Shown piece after piece: positions 15,577-24,505 of a DNA stretch of 32,000 bases. Every line of letters starts with the position of its first letter. Within the stretch, counting starts at the first letter, position 1. A program made the translations under genes and the position numbers. The DNA is taken from NCBI GenBank assembly GCA_965250005.1, contig OZ252279.1, forward strand, positions 1,350,001 through 1,382,000, in the 5' to 3' direction. The notes beneath the pieces were generated by a model that worked only from the letters and a program-made list of their open reading frames with translations, was not told where the DNA came from and ran no database searches. This DNA is from Demequinaceae bacterium. Lineage in GTDB: Bacteria > Actinomycetota > Actinomycetes > Actinomycetales > Demequinaceae.

Positions 15577-17418
15577 CTAACGGCCGTCTCGGTCCTCGAG
15601 TTGGCCGAGCATCGCGTTGTAAGAGCGCAACTCTGCGTCGTCGTCGCGGTCGGCCTTGCGATCGGAGCGCATGGCAACCTTGACATCGTCCCTTCGCCAC
15701 GCGGCGACGACGGCGATCGCGACCAAAAAGACCGGGATTTCGCCCAGCCCCCAGGCAATTTGGCCGCCAAATTGCTGATCCGTCAATGCATCGGAACCCC
15801 AATCACGTCCCATGAGCCCAAACCAGCGCGGTACCAGCAGCGCCGTAGAACTCATTAGCGCGATCCCGAAGAACGCATGAAACGCCATGGTCGCGAAGAG
15901 CAACACTAAGCGCATCGGGTACGCGGGGCGCCTAGGTCCCGGGTCAACGCCGATCAGCGCGTTGACAAAGAAGTAGCCCACCGCCACAAAGTGAACGGCC
16001 ATAGCAATGTGCCCGATGTGATTCTGCAGGACCCACTCGAAGACCGGCGTGTAGTAGAAGACGAACATCGAGCCGGCGAAGTTCACTGCGGCTACCACCG
16101 GGTTGGCGAGCGTCCGCAGCAGCCGCGACTCGAGAAACGCGCGCAGCCACTCGCGCGAGCCGCTCGATGCGTCCTCGCGGCCGGGAAGCGCGCGCAGGGC
16201 GAGCGTCACCGGGGCGCCAAACACCAAAGGAATCGGGACGACTGCCACGAGGATCATGTGCTGGATCATGTGGGATGAGAAACTCACAACGCCGTAGATT
16301 GCCGGTCCGCCCTGGGTCACCCACGCGAGGACGACGATCCCGCCGAGCCACGATGCGGTTCGAATCCAAGGCCATTCGTCACCGCGCGCGCGTAAGCGGC
16401 GCACCCACCGGATATACACGACGACCGCAACAGCGCACGCAAGCGCTGTCACGATCTCAATGCGCCAATGAGAGAACCACGTCGCGAACGTGGGCGAGGG
16501 CGGGAGCTGGTAGCCCGTGAGCATCCACGCGGGAGACGGGTCCGAGACAGGCACGAGCTCCACCGGAGGCGCGGTGTCAGACAGTACGACGGCGACGGCG
16601 ACAATCGCCACCAAGGCTCCAATGTCAACGAGTACGAATCGCCAGAAGCGCGCCTGGACTTCGGCCGCACTGAAGCGCGGCAGCACCGAACGCCGATACC
16701 AGGCCGCGAGCGCCACCACTCCTGCGAAAAGCGCGATTTTGAAGGTCAACAGGCGACCGTATTCGGTCTGAATGAGATTGCCAGCCGTCTCCAATCGCAC
16801 CACGCCATTCACAACGCCGGAGACGGCAATGAGGATCGCCGCCCAGCCCGCTACGCGTGAGGTCCGCGCGACCACGTCCGCCGTCAAGGTGCCTAACTTG
16901 CCCCGCACGGCAACGAGCAGCGCGATGACTCCAAGCCAGACGGCCGCGCCCACCAGGTGCAAGAACATCGCCGCCGTAGCCAGATGGTGGTCGTCGGCGC
17001 CAGCGGCGTGGCCAGTGATCGCCTGAGCCACGAATGCCCACGCAATCAAAACAAGCGACCATGCCGCGTGCGTCGGTGTGCGAATCAGCCCAACGACGAT
17101 CGAAGCGAGAACCGCGGCGATCGCGATCTGCAAGTAGGCCTGACCAAGCGGAATTCCGGTCAGAAACGCCCACGCTTCAGAGCCGAAAGTGGGTTCGCTC
17201 GGAGATCGCAAGGCAATCACCGAGTAGGCCGTGAGCATGAATGCGACAGCGGCTAGCGCCCAAGTTGCGGCTGCGAATCTCGTTACTGCCAGCGCTCGTT
17301 GCACGCTGGCGTGTCCGCGCGGCAAAACTACCGCGATGACTATCAAGCCTCCGCAGGCGATTGCAACCGCTAAGTCGCGGACAACTGCCGCCAGCGTGAG
17401 GAGAGTGCTAGCGGACAT
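15577..17418 (-). CDS. CopD-like plus CtaG-like (cytochrome c oxidase assembly) fusion membrane protein
   Basis: 613 aa. N-terminal CopD-like region (HLVGAAVWLGVIALL, RFSAAEVQARFWRFVLVDIG). C-terminal caa3-type CtaG features (FSSHMIQHMILVAVVPIPLVFGAPVTLALRALP, GPRRPAYPMRLVLLFATMAFHAFFGIALM). Confidence 0.9.
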   Translation of the reverse strand: MSASTLLTLAAVVRDLAVAIACGGLIVIAVVLPRGHASVQRALAVTRFAAATWALAAVAFMLTAYSVIALRSPSEPTFGSEAWAFLTGIPLGQAYLQIAIAAVLASIVVGLIRTPTHAAWSLVLIAWAFVAQAITGHAAGADDHHLATAAMFLHLVGAAVWLGVIALLVAVRGKLGTLTADVVARTSRVAGWAAILIAVSGVVNGVVRLETAGNLIQTEYGRLLTFKIALFAGVVALAAWYRRSVLPRFSAAEVQARFWRFVLVDIGALVAIVAVAVVLSDTAPPVELVPVSDPSPAWMLTGYQLPPSPTFATWFSHWRIEIVTALACAVAVVVYIRWVRRLRARGDEWPWIRTASWLGGIVVLAWVTQGGPAIYGVVSFSSHMIQHMILVAVVPIPLVFGAPVTLALRALPGREDASSGSREWLRAFLESRLLRTLANPVVAAVNFAGSMFVFYYTPVFEWVLQNHIGHIAMAVHFVAVGYFFVNALIGVDPGPRRPAYPMRLVLLFATMAFHAFFGIALMSSTALLVPRWFGLMGRDWGSDALTDQQFGGQIAWGLGEIPVFLVAIAVVAAWRRDDVKVAMRSDRKADRDDDAELRSYNAMLGQLEDRDGR

Positions 17419-17474
17419 GCCGCCAGCCTACGCCCGGGCCCACACGCCCAAAACGGACGCCAGTCGCGCAGCAG

Positions 17475-18194
17475 CTACGCGCCGAACGCCCTGACGATTT
17501 CTGTGACCAACTGGGCGAGGACCACGACTGTGCCAATACTGATCGCGGCGACCGACAGCTTTGGATTGCTCGCGAGACCTGTCGCCGAGGCGTTGTACCC
17601 GCGCACGCCGAGCAGTGCTGCTCCAAGGGCTCCGACAAGCGACACCCAACCGGGCGACACCCATAAGCCCGCATCGGGGTACGCAAGGCTCACGCCAAAA
17701 GTGATGGCCATCGCCACGCCAAGAATGACCCCAAGTCTCGCGAAATCGTTTCCCTCATTGGTTGCGAGTTTGAAGCGCTTGAGTATTCGGTCCTCCTGGT
17801 CATCCTCCGACAACGCAAGAATCGACGGCGCCTCCATGACCGACGGCATCGCAAGAAACGGGTGGACGGCGCGCATGGACGGTTCGGCGATCAGTTCGCT
17901 CGCCTCGGCAATACGGACAAGGGCTACCGCACCTGCTTCGACCGCGAGCGGTGGAGAGTCGAGTGGGTCTTCCTTGCCTGGCATGAAGGTCCCGGTGTGA
18001 GGAGCGTCGGATGCGCGCGGGAGCTTGGGTGCCCTCTTCTTGGCTCGCTTCTTCGCGGGCTTGCGTTTGGGCGCCGGTTTGGGCTTCGCCGCAGCGGCGG
18101 GTTTCTTTGCGGCGGCCTTGGTCGTAGTCTTGGCGCGCGGTGCGGCGGAGGTCTTCGCGCGTCCCTGAGACTTCTCCCTCGGCCTGTCAGCCAT
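17475..18194 (-). CDS. Hypothetical membrane protein with Lys/Ala/Pro-rich N-terminal tail
   Basis: 239 aa; N-term RAKTTTKAAAKKPAAAAKPKPAPKRKPAKKRAKKRAPK, then acidic linker, then hydrophobic segments. ATG preceded by GGAGG-like RBS. Confidence 0.75.
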   Translation of the reverse strand: MADRPREKSQGRAKTSAAPRAKTTTKAAAKKPAAAAKPKPAPKRKPAKKRAKKRAPKLPRASDAPHTGTFMPGKEDPLDSPPLAVEAGAVALVRIAEASELIAEPSMRAVHPFLAMPSVMEAPSILALSEDDQEDRILKRFKLATNEGNDFARLGVILGVAMAITFGVSLAYPDAGLWVSPGWVSLVGALGAALLGVRGYNASATGLASNPKLSVAAISIGTVVVLAQLVTEIVRAFGA

Positions 18195-18208
18195 CGAGGC
18201 CTCCCTCG

Positions 18209-18224
18209 TGTTTCACGCGAAACC
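18209..18224. promoter_or_regulatory. parS-like 16-mer
   Basis: TGTTTCACGCGAAACC, 14/16 identical to the widely conserved bacterial parS consensus TGTTTCACGTGAAACA. Confidence 0.45.
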
Positions 18225-18338
18225 AAATGTTAGCGTGCCGCGCAAGTTTGCACGCGACGTACACTCGAAGTCTCTCACCGCTCCCTCGCAAACCGCGGAA
18301 ACGAATCGCGAGCGGGCCCTTGCTCCACGAAGGAACCC

Positions 18339-20108
18339 ATGACCTCGACTTTTGTTGCGCCAACCACCCGCCAGATCAAACTCATCGTCTTGGGTCTTGT
18401 CGTTGGGATGTTCCTCGCCGCGCTCGACCAGATGGTGGTGGCGACCGCGATCCGCACCATCGGTGACGATCTCAACGGCCTCACATTGCAGGCGTGGGTG
18501 ACCACGCTATACATGATCGCCGCAACAATTTCGACGCCTCTCTACGGCAAACTCTCCGATATGTACGGCCGCAAACCGCTCTACGTGGCCGCGCTGGGGC
18601 TATTCGTTCTTGGGTCGCTGCTGTGTGCGATCGCTGGCTCGATGTACGAACTTGCCGCCTACCGCGGAGTCCAGGGCCTGGGTGCTGGCGGCCTCATGGC
18701 ACTCGCCATCATGATCCTGGGCGATCTGTTGCCGCCGCGTGAGCGCACCAAGTACCAGGCTTCGTTCTTCGCCGTGTGGGGCCTCGCTTCCGTGCTGGGC
18801 CCCGTGGCCGGCGGCTTCTTCGCGGGTGCCGATACCATTCTTGGCCTCGACGGCTGGCGGTGGATATTCATGATCAACGTCCCGCTCGGTGCCGCCGCAC
18901 TGTTCCTCATCCTGCGGGTGCTCCACGTGCCACACATGGACCGCGGCCACCAGCGCGTTGACTGGGCCGGCGTGGGGGCTCTCGTGGTCGCGATCGCGCC
19001 ACTTCTGCTTGTGCTTGAGCGCGGCAACGACTGGGGTTGGACCACTGGCGCATCGCTCGGCCTCTTCGCGCTTTCCGCTCTCGGATTCTTATCGTTCTAC
19101 TTCATCGAGCGCGCAGTTGGCGAACACGCCCTGCTGCCATTGCGGATGTTCCAGGAAAGGACCGTCGCAGTTACGACGTCCGCCAACTTCATTATGGGAT
19201 TCGCGATGTTCGGCGGGCTTGCTGGCCTTCCGCTCTATCTGCAAATATCGCGCGGCATGACTCCGACGCAGGCAGGCTTGTCGATGCTGCCGTTCACGGG
19301 CGGGATCCTGCTGGTCGCCATAGCTGCAACCATCATCATTCGCAGGACGGGTCACTACAAATGGATTCCGGTAGGAGGCTTCATTCTGTTACTCGCGGGG
19401 ACGCTGCTTCTCTCGCGCGTCGAATACGACTCTCCGTTCAGCGGCGTGATCATCGCCGCGTCTATCTTTGGCGCGGGCCTGGGCGGAATCATGCAGCCGA
19501 TGCTCCTCGCCGTGCAAAACGCCCTTCCTGCGCGCGATAACGGCGCTGGCACAGCTTCCGTCATGTTCTTCCGTCAAATTGGCGGGTCGATCGGCACCGC
19601 CGTATTCCTGTCACTCATGTTCGCCAGCGTTCCCCAGTTCATCGGGGACGCATTCGAGGAGCGGTCTCAATCCGAGGCGTTCCAGGACGCCATCCATGAC
19701 CCTTCGGTGCTCTCGGACCCGGTCAACACGGCGGTTCTCGAAGCTGCGACCACAGGAGAGTTCGCGTCCGCCGACGCGCTGGGCGTTTCACTGGACGACA
19801 CCTCGTTCGTGCAAGAGATTCACCCCGAGCTAGCAGCGCCGTTCCAAATCGGCTTCGCTGACGCGATCGGCAAAGTGTTGACCATCTCTGCCGCATTTAT
19901 CTTGGTTGCGCTCGCGCTCGTGTTCTTCCTGCCGTCACTGCCCCTGAGCGAGAAATCGGGGCTCGAAAATATGCACGACGACGGCGCGAGATCGAAGGTC
20001 AAGAAGCCCGCGCGTTCCAAGGATCCCGCCGCTGTGAAGCTCTCCGCGCCTGTGTCCGCAAAACGAGGTTCGGGGAGCGAGCCGTCGCCGCAGAGCGGGC
20101 TGGACTGA
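18339..20108 (+). CDS. MFS transporter, DHA2 (14-TM) drug exporter type
   Basis: 589 aa; LDQMVVATAIRTIGDDL, PLYGKLSDMYGRKP, GLGAGGLMALAIMILGDLLPPRERTKYQ, GPVAGGFF motifs. Confidence 0.93.
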   Translation: MTSTFVAPTTRQIKLIVLGLVVGMFLAALDQMVVATAIRTIGDDLNGLTLQAWVTTLYMIAATISTPLYGKLSDMYGRKPLYVAALGLFVLGSLLCAIAGSMYELAAYRGVQGLGAGGLMALAIMILGDLLPPRERTKYQASFFAVWGLASVLGPVAGGFFAGADTILGLDGWRWIFMINVPLGAAALFLILRVLHVPHMDRGHQRVDWAGVGALVVAIAPLLLVLERGNDWGWTTGASLGLFALSALGFLSFYFIERAVGEHALLPLRMFQERTVAVTTSANFIMGFAMFGGLAGLPLYLQISRGMTPTQAGLSMLPFTGGILLVAIAATIIIRRTGHYKWIPVGGFILLLAGTLLLSRVEYDSPFSGVIIAASIFGAGLGGIMQPMLLAVQNALPARDNGAGTASVMFFRQIGGSIGTAVFLSLMFASVPQFIGDAFEERSQSEAFQDAIHDPSVLSDPVNTAVLEAATTGEFASADALGVSLDDTSFVQEIHPELAAPFQIGFADAIGKVLTISAAFILVALALVFFLPSLPLSEKSGLENMHDDGARSKVKKPARSKDPAAVKLSAPVSAKRGSGSEPSPQSGLD

Positions 20109-20137
20109 GTCGAATTGGTCGAACTCGAACGGACCGA

Positions 20138-20608
20138 CTAGAGTTCCGCGACCTTGTACAGAATCGCGTACCCGGAGTCAGGGTCTCCGCACGGGTAGAT
20201 CCACATCGCACCCCAGTAGCCAGGAGTATGTGAATCGGCAAACAACAACAAGTGCGTTGTGGCGACAGCATTGGGATAAGAAATCCGGACCGAGCCGCCA
20301 TCAACGCCACTGTTTCCGTGGGGGGCGTCGACGTCCCAACTGAAGTCCCGCCTGGGAGTCTCGGGATCATTGGCGTTGCCTTCGGAGCTGGAGCACCCCC
20401 AATCGCCGAAACCGCGCCGATCATAGCCCACAAGTTGGCCCGTGCCATCGGGCCGGACGATGATACGGTACGCCTGATTCTCTGTCTCCCAGATACCCGG
20501 AGAAAAATCCATGGGCTCCGTCGTAGCGTTGGGAAACCAAAGCGACGCGTGGCACCCCGCGAACGCGAAGGCGGCGACAAGAAGGAAGATCCGGAGTTTG
20601 TTGAACAT
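20138..20608 (-). CDS. Small putative lipoprotein, unknown function
   Basis: 156 aa; MFNKLRIFLLVAAFAFAGCHAS signal with FAGC lipobox. Start at 20608 chosen over ORF start at 20644. Confidence 0.68.
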   Translation of the reverse strand: MFNKLRIFLLVAAFAFAGCHASLWFPNATTEPMDFSPGIWETENQAYRIIVRPDGTGQLVGYDRRGFGDWGCSSSEGNANDPETPRRDFSWDVDAPHGNSGVDGGSVRISYPNAVATTHLLLFADSHTPGYWGAMWIYPCGDPDSGYAILYKVAEL

Positions 20609-20814
20609 GTTCAGACGACGTGCTGGCACCGCGATGGGTTCCACAAGTCACGATGATCCTTCCGGGTACCCCCAATTGGGGAACCTTGGTGATGCGCGCC
20701 ATTGTGCTGAGCGGCTTCGCGTCCTCCCAGGCAGATAGCAACAGGCGCGTGCTGAGCCGTGAGCCGGAGACGCCCAAGAGCCACCGAAAGGGCCCCAGCG
20801 ACCTCCGCGGCGCA

Positions 20815-22251
20815 CTAGCTCCAGACGAGCGCCTTGGTCGGGTCACCCAGCACCGCGGCCACGTCTGCAAGCACGCGCGAACCGAGTTCGCCATCCACCA
20901 GGCGGTGGTCGAACGAGAGCGCGAGCTGCGTGACCCAGCGGGCCTTGACCTCGTCCTCGTGCACCCAGGGCTGCTTGCGGATGGCTCCGAACGCCAGGAT
21001 CGCGGCCTCGCCCGGGTTGAGAATCGGCGTACCGGTGTCGATGCCGAACACGCCCACGTTAGTAACCGTGATGGTGCCGTCACGCATCGCCCCCGGAGAC
21101 GTCGAACCGGCGCGCGCCTGAGCCGTGAGCTCGGCCAACTCGACGGCCAGCGTGTGAAGGTCGTAGCGGTGGGCATCCTTGACATTGGGAACGATGAGCC
21201 CGCGCGGGGTGGCCGCAGCGATTCCCAGGTTCACATAGTGCTTATAGATGATCTCCTGGCGCTCCTCGTCCCACGAGGCGTTGATCTCGGGGTGACGGCG
21301 CACAGCGAATAGCAGCGCCTTGCAAGCGATCAGAAGGGGGGTGACGCGAACGTCCGTGAATTCCTTGTCGACCTTGAGCTTCGCAACAAGTTCCATGGTC
21401 GCCGTCACGTCCAGCGTGTGGAAGACGGTCACGTGCGGCGCGGTGAACGCGCTCGAGACCATCGCCTCAGCCGTGCGCTTGCGGACCGAACGGACGGGCA
21501 CGCGCGTGAGGCGGCCATCGGCACTCACGACGCCCTGCTCCAGCCATGGGTGGTCATCGCCTTCATAGGTGGCGAGAGTCTTGGGCTGTGTGTCCTTGGA
21601 GTGCTGAAGCACGTCCTCGCGCGTCACGATGCCTCCCGGGCCTGAGGGCGAAATGGTTGACATGTCGATTCCTAGTTCGCGTGCGAGGCGCCTCACGGGA
21701 GGCTTGGCGAACACGGGGTGAGCCTGGTCGCCGGGGACGTCCTCGCCGACCGGCGATATGACCTCCACCTTCCGCGGGCGGCGCTTAGCTTCAGTGGACG
21801 TGACACCGTAGCCGACGAGCACGGCGCCGGATCCCTGGGAGGCGGGCTCGGGAACCGGAGCCTCCTGTACGGCTGCGGCGGCGTGTGCGCCGTACGTGGG
21901 CTGGCTCGGCGGCATGGGATCGACCGGTTGCTCGCGGCCACTGTCGACGCCGGCAGGTGTGGCCTGGGCCGGAGCTGCTGCGCTGGGAGCCGCCGGAGGC
22001 CCGTTGGGGTCAACGTCGATGACCACGATCGGGCTTCCAACGTTGACGGTGTCGCCCTCTGAGGCCGCGAGCTCCACCACCACGCCGTCGTACGGGCACG
22101 GTATCTCCACGAGCGATTTTGCGGTCTCAATCTCGACTAGCGGCTGGTTGGTCTCAACAGAATCGCCGACGGCTACGCGCCACGTGACGATGTCGGCCTC
22201 GGTCAGGCCTTCTCCCGCGTCGGGCATGTTGAACGTCTCGAAAGTAGGCAT
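20815..22251 (-). CDS. Dihydrolipoamide acyltransferase (E2) of a 2-oxoacid dehydrogenase complex
   Basis: N-terminal lipoyl domain (VEIETAKSLVEIPCPYDGVV), peripheral subunit-binding region (VRRLARELGIDMSTISPSGPGGIVTREDV), catalytic ALSFDHRLVDG. Confidence 0.95.
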   Translation of the reverse strand: MPTFETFNMPDAGEGLTEADIVTWRVAVGDSVETNQPLVEIETAKSLVEIPCPYDGVVVELAASEGDTVNVGSPIVVIDVDPNGPPAAPSAAAPAQATPAGVDSGREQPVDPMPPSQPTYGAHAAAAVQEAPVPEPASQGSGAVLVGYGVTSTEAKRRPRKVEVISPVGEDVPGDQAHPVFAKPPVRRLARELGIDMSTISPSGPGGIVTREDVLQHSKDTQPKTLATYEGDDHPWLEQGVVSADGRLTRVPVRSVRKRTAEAMVSSAFTAPHVTVFHTLDVTATMELVAKLKVDKEFTDVRVTPLLIACKALLFAVRRHPEINASWDEERQEIIYKHYVNLGIAAATPRGLIVPNVKDAHRYDLHTLAVELAELTAQARAGSTSPGAMRDGTITVTNVGVFGIDTGTPILNPGEAAILAFGAIRKQPWVHEDEVKARWVTQLALSFDHRLVDGELGSRVLADVAAVLGDPTKALVWS

Positions 22252-22260
22252 GTCGTCCTT

Positions 22261-23253
22261 CTAGTGAACCATCACGCGGTCAATGGCATCGAGCACGCGG
22301 TCGATGTTGGGCAAATAGTCGTGTTCGAGTTTGGACACGGGGTAGGGCGTGTGGAACCCGCCAACGCGAAGCACGGGGGCCTCGAGGTGGAAGAAGGCTT
22401 CCTCGGTCACACGCGCGGCGACCTCGGCTCCCACACCGTACGTTGTGGGCGCCTCGTGGATGACGATGCACCGACTCGTCTTCTTTGCCGACCGGACCAC
22501 CGCAGCGGAATCGAGTGGGCTCAGCGACCGCAAGTCAATGACCTCGGCGCTCACGCCTTCGGTCTGAGCCACCTGGGCGGCTTCCAACGCGACCTTCACT
22601 GTCGGGCCATACGCCACGAGCGTGACGTCTTCGCCATTGCGCGCGGTGTGCGCGTGACCGATTCCCGCGGTGGCGGCGGACGCATCCCACAGCGCGTTCT
22701 CGTCTACTTCGCCCTTGTCCCAGTAGCGAGCCTTGGGTTCGAAAAAAATCACTGGGTCCGGGGAAGCGATGGCCTGCTGGATCATCAGGTACCCGTCCTG
22801 GGGCGTTGCGGGAGAAATCACCCGCAAGCCGGCGGTGTGGGTGAACAGCGCCTCCGGGCTCTCGCTGTGGTGCTCGATCGCGCCAATCCCCCCGGCGAAC
22901 GGGATGCGAATCACGACGGGAAGGTTGATGTGGCCCCCAGAGCGATAGTGCATCTTGGCCAGTTGAGTGGTGATTTGATTGAACGCCGGGAAAACGAATC
23001 CGTCGAACTGAATCTCACACACCGGGACGTAGCCGCCCATCGCGAGGCCGATCGCAGTGCCGACGATTCCAGACTCCGCGAGCGGAGTATCCACCACACG
23101 GTCGCCGCCGAAGTCCTTGTGGAGCCCGTCCGTGACACGAAATACGCCACCGAGCGGCCCAATATCCTCGCCCATCAGCAGAACCTTGGAGTCGCGCTCC
23201 AGAGATTTGCGCAGGCCAGCGTTGATTGCGCCAGCCAAGGTCATGGCGGTCAT
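22261..23253 (-). CDS. 2-oxoacid dehydrogenase E1 component, beta subunit
   Basis: VLLMGEDIGPLGGVFRVTDGL, DTPLAESGIVGTAIGLAMGGYVPVCEIQF, FFEPKARYWD, VIDLRSLSPLD. Start at 23253 overlaps the E1 alpha stop. Confidence 0.95.
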   Translation of the reverse strand: MTAMTLAGAINAGLRKSLERDSKVLLMGEDIGPLGGVFRVTDGLHKDFGGDRVVDTPLAESGIVGTAIGLAMGGYVPVCEIQFDGFVFPAFNQITTQLAKMHYRSGGHINLPVVIRIPFAGGIGAIEHHSESPEALFTHTAGLRVISPATPQDGYLMIQQAIASPDPVIFFEPKARYWDKGEVDENALWDASAATAGIGHAHTARNGEDVTLVAYGPTVKVALEAAQVAQTEGVSAEVIDLRSLSPLDSAAVVRSAKKTSRCIVIHEAPTTYGVGAEVAARVTEEAFFHLEAPVLRVGGFHTPYPVSKLEHDYLPNIDRVLDAIDRVMVH

Positions 23254-24380
23254 CCCTGCGCCTCCACGTCCACAAAGGAACGCTGGAATCGCTCGAACCA
23301 AGCGCGCTCAGCGTCGATGGTCGCGTGCGGCTCCGCGTAGACGTTGTCGAACATGCTGAGAACGGGCGGTGCGCCTAGGGCTCGAATCTCGGAACGCGTC
23401 CGTTCTGCGATCGCCTTGCCCTCCGCCATGGCCTCGGCCCGGAAATCCTCGGGGAGTTCGCCCATCTTCATCAGGTACGTCTCTAGTCGCGCGACGGGAT
23501 CGCGCTCGGCCCAATACTGTTCCTCCGCCTTGGAGCGGTATCGCGTGGGATCGTCCGACGTCGTGTGCGCGGCCATGCGATACGTGAAAGCCTCAATGAA
23601 CGACGGCCCGTGCCCACTGCGCGCGCGATCAAGCGCAGCGCGAGACACGGCGTACGACGCGATGACGTCGTTGCCGTCAATCCGGATCCCGGGCATGCCC
23701 ACGCCGTCGGCGCGACGCGCGAGCGGCACCTTCGACTGTGTGGATGTAGGCACCGAGATGGCGAACTGGTTATTTTGGCAGAAGAAGACGATCGGAGCGT
23801 TGTTCACCGCCGCGAAGATAAGCGCTTCGTTGGTGTCGCCCTCCGATGTCGCGCCATCACCGAAGTAGCAGATGGTCGCGCGGTCGCGGGCGGGATCGCC
23901 TGTGCCCACATCGCCGTCGCGGTCCATCGCCATGGCCAACCCTGTCGCGTGAAGGGTCTGTGAGCCGATGACGAGCGAGTACATGTGGAAGTTGTGCTCG
24001 GCGGGAATCCACGAGCCGTGCTCGACGCCGCGGAAGACGCGAGGAATGCGCGCGAGGTCGACACCGCGGCGGTACGCCACGACGTGCTCGCGGTAGGACG
24101 GCACCACAAAGTCCTGGTCAGCAAGCGCGTGCGCAGATCCAGCCTGCGCGGCTTCCTGCCCTAGCGCGGAGACCCACAGGCCCAGTTCACCCTGGCGCTG
24201 GAGCGAAGTGGATTCGATGTCCCATGCCCGCACGATGACCATGTCTCGCCACATTTGACGCAGGTGCTCGGGGGTCAGCTCGTCCGCATACTGCTGGTAC
24301 TCGGAGTTCTCGACGCGCTCTCCCGTGTGGGTGAGCATACGTACGATTCCGTCGTCAGAGAGGGGGCCGTGGGACTCCAC
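23250..24380 (-). CDS. 2-oxoacid dehydrogenase E1 component, alpha subunit
   Basis: GQEAAQAGSAHAL, TPD-binding GDGATSEGDTNEALIFAAVNNAPIVFFCQNNQFAIS, YRMAAHTTSDDPTRYR. Confidence 0.95.
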   Translation of the reverse strand: MESHGPLSDDGIVRMLTHTGERVENSEYQQYADELTPEHLRQMWRDMVIVRAWDIESTSLQRQGELGLWVSALGQEAAQAGSAHALADQDFVVPSYREHVVAYRRGVDLARIPRVFRGVEHGSWIPAEHNFHMYSLVIGSQTLHATGLAMAMDRDGDVGTGDPARDRATICYFGDGATSEGDTNEALIFAAVNNAPIVFFCQNNQFAISVPTSTQSKVPLARRADGVGMPGIRIDGNDVIASYAVSRAALDRARSGHGPSFIEAFTYRMAAHTTSDDPTRYRSKAEEQYWAERDPVARLETYLMKMGELPEDFRAEAMAEGKAIAERTRSEIRALGAPPVLSMFDNVYAEPHATIDAERAWFERFQRSFVDVEAQG

Positions 24381-24429
24381 TCTTACCTCCTAGCGGCTGC
24401 CACGCGGGCAGCGTCCGGTTCCACTAACT

Positions 24430-24456
24430 TACGCTAGCGTAGGCTACGGTACCGTA
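24430..24456. promoter_or_regulatory. Two adjacent perfect palindromes upstream of the 2-oxoacid dehydrogenase operon
   Basis: TACGCTAGCGTA (24430-24441) and TACGGTACCGTA (24445-24456), centres 15 bp apart, framed by CTTACG...CGTAAG. Confidence 0.65.
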
Positions 24457-24505
24457 AGTTTAGTCCCAAGTGAAGCGCTTGTGCAGTTTTTCCCGTGTCA
24501 AGTTC

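Noticed and set aside
20421-21312. Minus-strand 254-aa ORF and plus-strand 230-aa ORF
   Set aside because: Both overlap the E2 acyltransferase or lipoprotein genes in other frames; Ser/Arg-rich translations are artefactual.
22264-23340. 358-aa plus-strand ORF
   Set aside because: Antisense to the clear E1 beta coding sequence; Arg/Gly/His-rich composition typical of shadow ORFs in GC-rich genomes.
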